From: a virus | IMG/VR virus record: IMGVR_UViG_3300048694_000674 | Coordinates: 64,001-128,000 of that record | Length of the DNA: 64,000 nt | Direction: 5' to 3' (one strand) | In this document: positions 50,184 through 58,504 of the stretch, in pieces | How positions within the stretch are numbered: position 1 is the first letter of the stretch | Layout: each line of letters begins with the position of its first letter | Position numbers and translations under genes: made by a program | Notes under the pieces: generated by a model | What the model was told of the DNA's origin: nothing | Seen by the model: the letters and a program-made list of their open reading frames with translations, nothing else | The model's database searches: none

Positions 50184-51163
50184 GTTTACATGCTTTTCTT
50201 GATGAAGAACGTGAGCTACAATGGTTCTACGATAACAATAAACTTAACCAAGGACCGACTATCGGTTATCGTAGAGTATCTGGTAAGATTGGTTTAACTA
50301 AGAATGAAGCTGGTATTCGTGGCGCATGGGTAGATAAGAGAGTTGCTCTTTTCAAAACTCTTGGTTATGATAAGTATCGCATCAAACTTCTTTCTGAAGT
50401 AACAGAAGAAACTAAAGGAGATGGTGTTACTGTTGAAGATGATAACACTGTTTGTGATATTCTCTACCTCGAGTTTGGTGGAACCAATCTACAGTTTTAT
50501 GGTAAGAACTGGGACAAGACGATTGAAATTGTCAAACTTCACAGAGGTAAGAAAAAGGTTTTCGTTTGTGATGATCCAGATCTAACATTCCTCTGGGAAC
50601 TTCTACCCGACGAAGATTGGTCGTTATGGTCAATCGCTGCGAATGCGGTAAACACAGATGAGGTGTTGAAAGTATTAAAAGCGCCAGAAGGTGTTACCTG
50701 CTTTCATCTACCGATGGATAAAGGTATGACTGCTGAAATGTTCAGCGATGGAACTATTCAGAAGATTGTTTACATTGGTCGCAATCAGGGACGTTCTTCT
50801 TATTTCAAAACTTTCGGTAGTTCGCCTTATCTTCAGATAGCTGGTAAGACGAGTGAATGGGAAGATTATCCAAACCTTACTCTTGTTGATATTCCACAAC
50901 AGAAAGATCGTCGTTCGTTTTATCGCAAGTACTATGGTTGTTTGGCTGTATATGATAAAAAGCACGCAGTAACTGGATGGCATACTGGTCGCGCATATCA
51001 TGCTCTTTATGCTGGTGTACCTGTACTTGCTCCTCCTGGAAATGATGGACTTGATTGGACATATCCAATAAACAATGCCAGCGACATTGAAACTTTTGTC
51101 AATATGCCAGTTGAAGAAAGACAAAATATTTGGCACAAACAACTTGACAAAATTCTAAAATGA
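50180..51163 (+). CDS. GT-B glycosyltransferase resembling T4 beta-glucosyltransferase
   Basis: By-eye match to BGT segments: CDILYLEFGGTNLQFYG, VFVCDDPDL, IVYIGR, LAVYDKKH...TGRAYHALYAGVPVL. Confidence 0.6.
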   Translation: MSLHAFLDEERELQWFYDNNKLNQGPTIGYRRVSGKIGLTKNEAGIRGAWVDKRVALFKTLGYDKYRIKLLSEVTEETKGDGVTVEDDNTVCDILYLEFGGTNLQFYGKNWDKTIEIVKLHRGKKKVFVCDDPDLTFLWELLPDEDWSLWSIAANAVNTDEVLKVLKAPEGVTCFHLPMDKGMTAEMFSDGTIQKIVYIGRNQGRSSYFKTFGSSPYLQIAGKTSEWEDYPNLTLVDIPQQKDRRSFYRKYYGCLAVYDKKHAVTGWHTGRAYHALYAGVPVLAPPGNDGLDWTYPINNASDIETFVNMPVEERQNIWHKQLDKILK

Positions 51164-51603
51164 TAGTATCATATGATATTGATGGTGTTCTCGCCGAAGG
51201 ACCACCTCCTTCTGCAAAGAAGTGGGGAAAAATGAATGGAGCTGAGAGATCAGAACGTAAGCGATTCCTTGTAGATTGGTACAGGAATGCTGTTCCTCTT
51301 TTAGTTCCAGAAGAACCCTACTTCTTTGCAATTTCGGCAAGAAAATTTGAACCAGATGTTTATTCTGCTACTCAAATATGGTTGGATACATATTATCCAA
51401 AGAGAGTAGTAGAAACTTTTCTATTGAGTGGATCGCGTTCAGTTATAAATGCTGCGACCTTCAAAGCAGATATTATTTCTAGAAATAACGTCCAGAGACA
51501 TTATGAGGATAACAAAAAAGTTTTGAAGATTATGAAGAATATCAATCCAGAAGTTGAATATTATTTTTGGGAAAAAGGAATGGTGACTCCAGAAAGGTTT
51601 TGA
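51160..51603 (+). CDS. HAD-superfamily phosphatase
   Basis: DIDGVL motif I, SAR, K, YEDN. Confidence 0.75.
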   Translation: MIVSYDIDGVLAEGPPPSAKKWGKMNGAERSERKRFLVDWYRNAVPLLVPEEPYFFAISARKFEPDVYSATQIWLDTYYPKRVVETFLLSGSRSVINAATFKADIISRNNVQRHYEDNKKVLKIMKNINPEVEYYFWEKGMVTPERF

Positions 51604-51887
51604 TGATGAAAAAAATTCCTTATAAATATGCTGAGGACAAAATAATTGCTGACTTCCATGCCTATATAGATAAGACATACGGTCAGCACTATCAGACAGA
51701 AAACAATGTTCAATGCTTCGATGCTTGGATTGCTCTGGATGATGCTACTCCTACTTTCCGTAATACTGCCATCAAATATCTCTGGCGATATGGTAAGAAG
51801 AATGGCAATAACAAAGATGACTTGATGAAGGTCTTGCATTACACAATTATGTGTTTGTATAATGATCATTATAAGGATGGTAAATAA
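51603..51887 (+). CDS. DUF3310-like small nucleotide-modification-associated protein
   Basis: TYGQHY...AIKYLWRYGKKNG.NKDDLMKVLHY. Confidence 0.65.
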   Translation: MMKKIPYKYAEDKIIADFHAYIDKTYGQHYQTENNVQCFDAWIALDDATPTFRNTAIKYLWRYGKKNGNNKDDLMKVLHYTIMCLYNDHYKDGK

Positions 51888-52735
51888 TGGAAATTAAAAT
51901 TGATATCGAAAAGCTAAAAGAGCGTGGATTATTTGTAGCCACACCAATGTATGGTGGTATGTGTGCGGGTATGTTTTCTAAGTCATGCGCCGATCTCTCT
52001 GCTATCTGTACACAGTACGGAATTCCTCTACAGTTCTACTTTCTGTTTAATGAGTCGCTAATTACTCGTGCAAGAAATTATTGCTGCGATGAGTTTATGC
52101 GTTCAAACTCACAACATCTGATGTTCATTGACTCTGATATTGGTTTTAATCCACAGGATGTTATTGCTATGATGGCTCTACAAGCACAAGAGCCAGAGAA
52201 ATATAATATCATCGGCGGTCCTTACCCTAAGAAGTGTATCTCATGGGAAAAGATCAAGGCAGCTGTTGATAAAGGTATTGCTGACGATGATGCAAATATT
52301 CTTGAAAGATTTGTCGGCGATTATGTTTTCAATCCAAAAGGCGGTCAACAATCAATTCCGATCTCAGAGCCAGTCGAGGTTCTTGAAATTGGTACTGGTT
52401 TCATGATGATTGAAAAAGCTTCTATGAAGAAGTTTGTTGATACATATCCTCAATATATGTACAAGCCTGATCATGTTCGTACAGAGCACTTTGATGGTTC
52501 GCGCGAAATTATGATGTTTTTCCAAGCAGAAGTTGATCCAGTATCGAAGCGTTATCTGTCAGAAGATTATTGGTTCTGTCAGAAAGCTCAACAGGCTGAC
52601 ATTCGTACATGGTTCTGTCCTTGGATGAAGCTACAACATGTTGGTAGCTATATCTTTGGTGGGTCATTAGCCGACCTAGCATCTATCGGTGCGTCTGCAA
52701 CAGCAGATCCAGGGCAATTGAAGAAGCGTAAGTAA
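51887..52735 (+). CDS. GT-A fold glycosyltransferase-like protein
   Basis: ATPMYGG, ESLITRARN, MFIDSD, YPKK, GTGFMMI, SEDYWFC, HVG. Confidence 0.72.
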   Translation: MEIKIDIEKLKERGLFVATPMYGGMCAGMFSKSCADLSAICTQYGIPLQFYFLFNESLITRARNYCCDEFMRSNSQHLMFIDSDIGFNPQDVIAMMALQAQEPEKYNIIGGPYPKKCISWEKIKAAVDKGIADDDANILERFVGDYVFNPKGGQQSIPISEPVEVLEIGTGFMMIEKASMKKFVDTYPQYMYKPDHVRTEHFDGSREIMMFFQAEVDPVSKRYLSEDYWFCQKAQQADIRTWFCPWMKLQHVGSYIFGGSLADLASIGASATADPGQLKKRK

Positions 52736-52755
52736 TCTAAAATTGGGAGTATATT

Positions 52756-53418
52756 ATGAAACTTGATGCAAAAACTGTGGGTGTTTTGAAGAACTATTCA
52801 ACAATCAATCCTTCTCTCCTGTTCCGAGAAGGTAATGTCCTTTCAACTATCTCACCATCTAAAACAATTATCGCAAAGGCGACTGTACCAAATACATTCA
52901 ATCGTCGTTGCGCTATCTATGAATTGACAAAGTTGCTTGGTGGTATTTCTCTTTCAGATGATCCAGAAGTTTCTTTTAATGAGACTTCTGTTACTATCAA
53001 GGATGAGAAGACTCAGGCTGCTAGTAGCATTACCTATGCTTCAGAAGCAACTATCAAGGTGCCACCAGAAAAGAATCTTGTATTGCCTTCTGTTGATGTT
53101 TCAGTTGATATTACTGATAATGATTTGAAGTCAATCATTCGTGCTGCTGGAATTTATGGTTTGCCAGCTGTTGCTCTTGTTGGTGATGGTTCTAAGGTTT
53201 CATTTGTTGCAATGAATCCAAAAGATCCTAACAGCAATACCTATAGCATTCCGATTGGTAACACAGAAAAGACATTCAAAGTCGTGTTCAATGTGGATAA
53301 TCTTCTCAAGTTGATGAGTGGCAATTATCATCTTGATGTTTCATCTAAGTTACTCGCCCACTTTGTTGGGGCTGATATTGAATACTGGGTTGCAGTAGAA
53401 ACTAGCTCAACTTTTTAA
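52756..53418 (+). CDS. gp45: Sliding clamp gp45
   Basis: LKNYSTINPS...IYEL..LL...YWVAVE; position before gp44. Confidence 0.9.
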   Translation: MKLDAKTVGVLKNYSTINPSLLFREGNVLSTISPSKTIIAKATVPNTFNRRCAIYELTKLLGGISLSDDPEVSFNETSVTIKDEKTQAASSITYASEATIKVPPEKNLVLPSVDVSVDITDNDLKSIIRAAGIYGLPAVALVGDGSKVSFVAMNPKDPNSNTYSIPIGNTEKTFKVVFNVDNLLKLMSGNYHLDVSSKLLAHFVGADIEYWVAVETSSTF

Positions 53419-53419
53419 G

Positions 53420-53460
53420 TTGACATTTGAGTGGGGAGAGGTTATAATATACTTCTCCCC
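53420..53460 (+). promoter_or_regulatory. Sigma70 promoter TTGACA-N17-TATAAT with the -10 box inside an inverted repeat
   Basis: TTGACA 53420-25, TATAAT 53443-48, flanked by GGGGAGA/TCTCCCC. Confidence 0.7.
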
Positions 53461-53484
53461 AATTTTATATTATGGAGTTATATC

Positions 53485-53820
53485 ATGGAACTGTTGAAGA
53501 GAGAAGATGTAGTTGGTATAGTTTCCAGACACATGGCTACACCATACGCAAATAGTGTATTTGGAACGATGGCGCCTAAATTGAAATGGTGCGATCATCA
53601 TAAAAAACTAGAACCCATTAACAACTTTTATGTAAAGAAAGAACGTCAGCATATTGCCAAAGAAAATTTGACAGTAGATGACTTCAGACATGTTTGTATT
53701 GAGATTTGGGATGAGATGAATGAAAATCTCCGTAACGGATTTGGTTGGGCGACTGATCAAGAAGTTATTGACCAAAACAATGCAAGCAATCTTACAAAAT
53801 TTTTAGTTGATGGAGATTAA
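53485..53820 (+). CDS. Hypothetical protein
   Basis: GGAG RBS; WCDHH...C motif. Confidence 0.55.
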   Translation: MELLKREDVVGIVSRHMATPYANSVFGTMAPKLKWCDHHKKLEPINNFYVKKERQHIAKENLTVDDFRHVCIEIWDEMNENLRNGFGWATDQEVIDQNNASNLTKFLVDGD

Positions 53821-53821
53821 G

Positions 53822-54757
53822 ATGGATCAAGAATTTCTCTGGGTCGAAAAGTATCGCCCAAAAACTATTGAAGATACAATCCTTCCTGCTGATCTAAAGG
53901 CGACGTTTCAGCAGTTTGTTGATCAAAAGAATATTCCCAATTTAATTCTATCTGGCTCAGCTGGTGTTGGTAAAACGACAGTGGCAAGAGCTATGCTTGA
54001 ACAATTAGAATGTGATTACATTATCATTAACGGATCTATGAATGGAAATATTGACACTCTCAGGAATGAAATCCTGTCCTTCGCTTCCACGGTATCTTTC
54101 ACTGGCGGCAGGAAGTACGTTATCCTCGATGAGGCTGATTATCTCAACGCGAATTCCACACAGCCAGCTTTACGAAATTTCATGGAAGAATTCAGCCGAA
54201 ACTGTGGCTTTATACTCACATGTAATTTCAAAAACAGAATCATCGAACCCCTCCACTCCAGATGTTCTGTCATCGATTTTAGGATACCCAAATCAGCTAG
54301 TGCTAAACTTGCTTCCCAATTCTTCAAACGAGTGCAAAAGATACTCAGTGGAGAACTTGTGGACTACGATCCCGCAGTCGTAGCAGAAGTTGTACAAAAG
54401 TATTTCCCAGATTGGCGTCGTGTTCTTAATGAGCTGCAGCGTTATTCAGCAACTGGTAAAATTGATTCTGGCATTCTTGCTAACCTTCAGGAAATTTCTC
54501 TCAAGGAACTGATCAATCTTATTAAGGACAAGAACTTCACAGAAGTCCGTAAGTGGGTTGCCGAGAACGGTTCTGATAACAACACAATCTATCGTAAGCT
54601 CTATGATACCTGTGCTGACTATTTCACACCGAGATATATTCCTCAGTTGATTCTTACCATTTCGCAGTACCAATATCAGTCTGCATTTTCCGCAGATCAG
54701 GAGATCAATCTCTCAGCCTGTCTAGCTGATATTATGACAAACTGCGAGTTCAAGTAA
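53822..54757 (+). CDS. gp44: Clamp loader large subunit gp44
   Basis: LWVEKYRP, GSAGVGKT, ILDEAD, SRC. Confidence 0.95.
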   Translation: MDQEFLWVEKYRPKTIEDTILPADLKATFQQFVDQKNIPNLILSGSAGVGKTTVARAMLEQLECDYIIINGSMNGNIDTLRNEILSFASTVSFTGGRKYVILDEADYLNANSTQPALRNFMEEFSRNCGFILTCNFKNRIIEPLHSRCSVIDFRIPKSASAKLASQFFKRVQKILSGELVDYDPAVVAEVVQKYFPDWRRVLNELQRYSATGKIDSGILANLQEISLKELINLIKDKNFTEVRKWVAENGSDNNTIYRKLYDTCADYFTPRYIPQLILTISQYQYQSAFSADQEINLSACLADIMTNCEFK

Positions 54758-55128
54758 TGAACCCGTTTGATTTTGTTAATGCAATCAATTCAAACAAAAA
54801 GGATCTGATCGTCGATGAAGCCACAGAAAAGGCATATGTTCCGTTTGTTGTAAACAGAGCTTTATCCTATTTCACAGAAACTTTAACAGACGCCCAGATC
54901 ATGACTATGTCAAGCCATCTGGACAAAAAACTTCAATTTCATTATCTTCTAAATAGTGTACGTCGCGCAAAGAGATACTCTAAGTGGGGCAAAAAGAAAG
55001 AAGATAAAGATCTAGAATTGGTCCAAGAGTATTATCAATGTAATCATCAGCGAGCCAAAGAAGCCCTTTCTATTCTTTCTAAAAAGCAGTTGAATATTAT
55101 AAAAGAAAAATTAGAAAAAGGTGGATGA
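54757..55128 (+). CDS. gp62: Clamp loader small subunit gp62
   Basis: YVPFVVNRALSY...QFHYLLNSVR..KRYSKW. Confidence 0.9.
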   Translation: MNPFDFVNAINSNKKDLIVDEATEKAYVPFVVNRALSYFTETLTDAQIMTMSSHLDKKLQFHYLLNSVRRAKRYSKWGKKKEDKDLELVQEYYQCNHQRAKEALSILSKKQLNIIKEKLEKGG

Positions 55129-55129
55129 T

Positions 55130-55528
55130 ATGGTGTCTATAGACTCGCTTATTGAAGTGAAAATTGCAGAGGAAGAAGACTTTCTAAAGATCAAAGAAAC
55201 ACTGACTCGTATTGGTGTAGCATCTCGTAAAGACAACAAACTTTATCAATCATGTCATATTCTCCATAAGCAGGGGAAATATTACATTGTTCATTTCAAG
55301 GAATTATTTGCTCTTGATGGTAAGCCATCTGACTTTACCGAAGAAGATAAAGGTCGCCGTAACACGATCGTTCAGCTTCTTCAAGAATGGGGTCTGATAA
55401 AGGTTGTTGAAGCTGATTCAATCAAGGAACCAAAAGCTCCAATGAGTCAGGTAAAGATTATTCCTCATAAAGATAAAGCAAACTGGACACTCGAAGCAAA
55501 ATATAATATTGGTCGTAAAAAGAAATAA
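55130..55528 (+). CDS. regA: Translational repressor RegA
   Basis: DFLKIKETLTRIGVAS...LYQSCHILHKQGKYYIVHFKELFALDG. Confidence 0.96.
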   Translation: MVSIDSLIEVKIAEEEDFLKIKETLTRIGVASRKDNKLYQSCHILHKQGKYYIVHFKELFALDGKPSDFTEEDKGRRNTIVQLLQEWGLIKVVEADSIKEPKAPMSQVKIIPHKDKANWTLEAKYNIGRKKK

Positions 55529-55543
55529 CAGCGGAGTTATTTT

Positions 55544-55903
55544 ATGTTATTTGGTATGTTTAAAGTGAAAAAAGAAGCGAAAACAGATTCGGAGAAAAAG
55601 CTAGAGAAGCTATCAAATATTCTGTTTCCTCCATTTGAAAAACAAACGCTGAAGAATGGCGACAAGATTCTAATTGATTATTCGATAGACTCGAATCTAG
55701 ATGCTGCTCTGTCAGATCTAGAAGATGGTAATAATGACCCAGCTTCCAGAAAAACAATCAAACTGTGCGTCGATAGATTGATCGAAGCAAGAAAAATTCT
55801 TGAAACTTATGGTGAGTTTGATAAAGATGTCAAGTATATTGTAGTTGATGACTTGAGCAGAAAAGAGGATTCGATCGATGAAAAAGTACAGGCAAAAGAT
55901 TGA
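55544..55903 (+). CDS. Hypothetical protein
   Basis: GGAG RBS, ORF continuous with the operon. Confidence 0.55.
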   Translation: MLFGMFKVKKEAKTDSEKKLEKLSNILFPPFEKQTLKNGDKILIDYSIDSNLDAALSDLEDGNNDPASRKTIKLCVDRLIEARKILETYGEFDKDVKYIVVDDLSRKEDSIDEKVQAKD

Positions 55904-56093
55904 GAACATAGACAAGTTCATCGAATCTCTTGAAGAGATGATTGATGCTCGTGATGATATGTGGGAAGAGGAAAAGTACTCAAACCATAGGCAAATGTGG
56001 AAGATCAAAGAAGAGCGATACCTTCCTGCCAAGGCAAAGCTTCGGGAAGCGCTCCATGACTTTATTGCTGAGGTAATCGAAGAAGATGTCTAA
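55878..56093 (+). CDS. Hypothetical protein
   Basis: GAGG RBS, ORF overlap. Confidence 0.55.
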   Translation: MKKYRQKIENIDKFIESLEEMIDARDDMWEEEKYSNHRQMWKIKEERYLPAKAKLREALHDFIAEVIEEDV

Positions 56094-56152
56094 GTTATTG
56101 ATTTTATTATAGAAAAAAAGTGCTTTACTTATTTCCAAATTTGGCGTATACT
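56090..56152 (+). promoter_or_regulatory. Early promoter (TTTACT-N17-TATACT) with upstream IHF-consensus site
   Basis: TAAGTTATTGATT 56091-56103 fits YAANNNNTTGATW; -35 at 56124, -10 at 56147. Confidence 0.65.
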
Positions 56153-56178
56153 GAGAAAGTCAATAAAGGAGACGGATT

Positions 56179-56352
56179 ATGGTTTTAAGGGAAATTTACG
56201 CTGACTTTCAAAAAATTACCAATATTCAAGAAAAAATTGACTTTCTCAAGGTTTTACAGTCGCTTAACCTCAGTTATGATATAAATTATAATAATCTTAT
56301 AGAAGCTTGGACTGAACGATTGCCCAAAAGTGACGACCAAGCCTCAGAATAA
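56179..56352 (+). CDS. Small early protein (57 aa)
   Basis: AAGGAG RBS, ATG 56179, TAA 56352. Confidence 0.6.
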   Translation: MVLREIYADFQKITNIQEKIDFLKVLQSLNLSYDINYNNLIEAWTERLPKSDDQASE

Positions 56353-56386
56353 GCTTAACCATTAGCCCCAGATCTCGTATTTGGGG

Positions 56387-56471
56387 CTAAGTTATTGATT
56401 TTATTATAGAAAAAAAAAGTTGAAAAAAAGCGAAAAAAGTGCTTTACTTATATCCAAATCGGCGGTAGAAT
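56387..56471 (+). promoter_or_regulatory. Early promoter (TTTACT-N17-TAGAAT) with IHF-consensus site and phased A-tracts
   Basis: Second copy of CTAAGTTATTGATTTTATTATAGAAAAAAA; -35 at 56443, -10 at 56466. Confidence 0.65.
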
Positions 56472-56499
56472 GTATTATAGGTTGATGAAGGAGTTCTAA

Positions 56500-56607
56500 A
56501 TGTCTACCTCTGATATGCTTTATGTGTTCGGTCCTATGATTGGTTTGGTGATTGGAATGATCGTTACTTTCGGTGTCGTTCACTATAATGACGTTCGTGG
56601 TCGTTGA
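56500..56607 (+). CDS. Small membrane peptide (35 aa)
   Basis: AAGGAG RBS; one hydrophobic helix. Confidence 0.55.
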   Translation: MSTSDMLYVFGPMIGLVIGMIVTFGVVHYNDVRGR

Positions 56608-56618
56608 GGAGTTCTAAT

Positions 56619-56972
56619 ATGAGCAATGGTATCGAGCTGTTACTTTCTGATAATCGTGGCATTTATATCCCGCAGCATTGGGCAATGTATTGCCAAGATA
56701 TGGATGGTGTTTCTGCTGAGGATATGGAAATCCTCAAAGCTGGTCCCGATCATGAGTGGTACTGGGAAGCTTGGGATGCTGTTCTCTCCAATGCTTCCGC
56801 TACGCATAACGGCAAAGTCTGGCGCTTGTGGCAGGATGGCGATTTGTTTGCTTACTGCGAAGAGCTGATGACCGATGAGGAATACAAAGGATTCTTCGGC
56901 GAAAATCGGGATGGCGCTTTTCAGCCCGAAGCTGATATCTACGGTGATAATGTTCTAGAAGAGGAGATCTGA
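56619..56972 (+). CDS. Hypothetical early protein
   Basis: GAGGAG RBS; LLSDNRGIYIP...GPDHEWYWEAW...LWQDGDL. Confidence 0.65.
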   Translation: MSNGIELLLSDNRGIYIPQHWAMYCQDMDGVSAEDMEILKAGPDHEWYWEAWDAVLSNASATHNGKVWRLWQDGDLFAYCEELMTDEEYKGFFGENRDGAFQPEADIYGDNVLEEEI

Positions 56973-56973
56973 T

Positions 56974-57135
56974 ATGATGTTTAAGAAATTCGCTCTTGTT
57001 GCTTTGGTTGGTGGTATCGTCGGCGGAACACTGTCCGTAATCCTGCCAGCATCACCGATATCGGCTTTAGCTATCTTCGGTATTTGTTTCGCGATTGGTT
57101 GGTTCTTCAACGATTTTCTAGATAAAATCGCTTGA
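56974..57135 (+). CDS. Small two-TM membrane protein (53 aa)
   Basis: GAGGAG RBS; two hydrophobic segments. Confidence 0.55.
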   Translation: MMFKKFALVALVGGIVGGTLSVILPASPISALAIFGICFAIGWFFNDFLDKIA

Positions 57136-57160
57136 CTAATATCCAAAACTGCGGTATACT
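57132..57160 (+). promoter_or_regulatory. Early promoter TTGACT-N17-TATACT
   Basis: Shares the ATWTCCAAA spacer with the 56124 and 56443 promoters. Confidence 0.65.
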
Positions 57161-57185
57161 TAGTATATGATGAGGAGATGGTGGT

Positions 57186-57473
57186 ATGAGATTCGACGAT
57201 TACGCTTTTGAGCAATGCGCTCGTGCTGTTTATATCATGAACGATTCTGCACGGGAACTCTATGATTCATGGGAAGAACTACGTTCGTTCATGGAATCTA
57301 TGGCTTATCAATATGGCGGAAACGCTGGGTGCACTCATTTCGAAACTGGTGGTTTCTGTCTTTCGTTCTCGCGTTCATCGGTTGATCGCGAAGATTGGTT
57401 TGTAACTGCATCTATTGAGCCATATACAGCTTTGCGATATATTAAATCAATGCAGATTATGCAGCGCATGTAA
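57186..57473 (+). CDS. Hypothetical early protein, 3' end interrupted by an insertion at 57449
   Basis: Removing 57449-57896 restores ...RYIKSVTNVSLEYA* with TAATG coupling to 57927. Confidence 0.6.
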   Translation: MRFDDYAFEQCARAVYIMNDSARELYDSWEELRSFMESMAYQYGGNAGCTHFETGGFCLSFSRSSVDREDWFVTASIEPYTALRYIKSMQIMQRM

Positions 57474-57896
57474 AAACAAATCGCATGCAAACTAATAGAA
57501 CCAACTGTTGATGGCTCCATTGGTAAAGATCCTGGCGTTGATTACGATCCAAAAGCTGGCGACGAACAAGACTTTGTTGCCAAACATTCCGTACAGAAAT
57601 GGGATGACCCAAATGGTAATGGACCAGATGTGTTTCAAGGCACAAATATAAAGTACTCGTTGGATAAAGAAGCTCATCATGGCTATAAGAAGCCAGAAGA
57701 TAAGAGAGTCAACGAATCAAAAAAAGATGAGGAGACCAAGTGTAATATGTCAGAAGCTGGTTCTTGGTGTCCAATGCACGAAATGGCTGACTGCTCAAAG
57801 ATGACCAAGATTAACGAGATTTCAAAATCAACTCTTGGTTCATACATCAAAAAGTCTTCGCAGGATTTGAAAAATATTGAAGCTGGTCGCGAAAAG
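57449..57896 (+). repeat. Circularly permuted, diverged copy of 35643-36064 (prohead core gene)
   Basis: 57449-57504 matches 36009-36064; 57504-57896 matches 35643-36008 with a substituted middle. Confidence 0.92.
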
Positions 57897-57926
57897 GGTG
57901 ACAAATGTGAGCTTGGAGTATGCCTA

Positions 57927-58139
57927 ATGACTAGCGAATTCTTTTCCAAGGAAAACACATTGGTCGAGTTGAAGGAAGAACTGTATACTCGTTTGAGTGA
58001 TGTGCGTCGAGTTATGGCTTTGAAGTCGGGCGACCAAGAAGATTTCTTGGATGGCTTTTACGAAGGTATCAACTGTCGTGCTGCCAATGAAGACTTCTGG
58101 CTGTCGATGCTACTGGATAAATTGGAGAAATCAGTATGA
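57927..58139 (+). CDS. Hypothetical protein (MTSEFFSKE...)
   Basis: GGAG RBS at 57915 and ATG 57927. The longer 57630 ORF is a by-product of the insertion. Confidence 0.6.
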   Translation: MTSEFFSKENTLVELKEELYTRLSDVRRVMALKSGDQEDFLDGFYEGINCRAANEDFWLSMLLDKLEKSV

Positions 58140-58501
58140 CTATGCAACTTTGCCCAGCATTTGTCACAACTACAAATTTGCGTAAGCGTAAGTCAACCAT
58201 GACTGGCAAACAGAAGCTACAACTTCTTGCCCATCAACAGTGGGTTGACTCCATGAAAAAAGGTATGACAAAAGATAAAAAAGTGCTTGACAAATTATGG
58301 AAAACCGAGTATACTAATAATATGGTTGTCGATCGATCTGCTATGCAGAAGTCAGGTTTGGTTTCTGGAGCTTGCGCAAAGCCAGAGGAAAAAGTATATA
58401 CTGGCACCAAGCTTCTTGGTATCGCTACTATGCATAAGAGTAATATGGTTCCTGTCTTCAAAGCTGAAGATGCTGCCGATATTGCTAGTATGAGGAGATA
58501 A
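58136..58501 (+). CDS. Conserved T4-like hypothetical protein
   Basis: KVYTGTKLLGIATMHKSNMVPVF motif. Confidence 0.7.
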   Translation: MTMQLCPAFVTTTNLRKRKSTMTGKQKLQLLAHQQWVDSMKKGMTKDKKVLDKLWKTEYTNNMVVDRSAMQKSGLVSGACAKPEEKVYTGTKLLGIATMHKSNMVPVFKAEDAADIASMRR

Positions 58502-58504
58502 GCT

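Noticed and set aside
28801-54757. Inteins in terminase, helicase, gp46 or clamp loader
   Set aside because: Lengths are normal and no intein terminal motifs were seen.
57449-57896. Diversity-generating retroelement TR/VR pair with 35643-36064
   Set aside because: Mismatches are not adenine-specific but mostly synonymous, the copy is permuted, and no reverse transcriptase is in the window.
57630-58139. 169-aa ORF as a genuine gene
   Set aside because: Its first ~90 codons come from the inserted fragment; the RBS and TAATG coupling point to 57927 as the real start.
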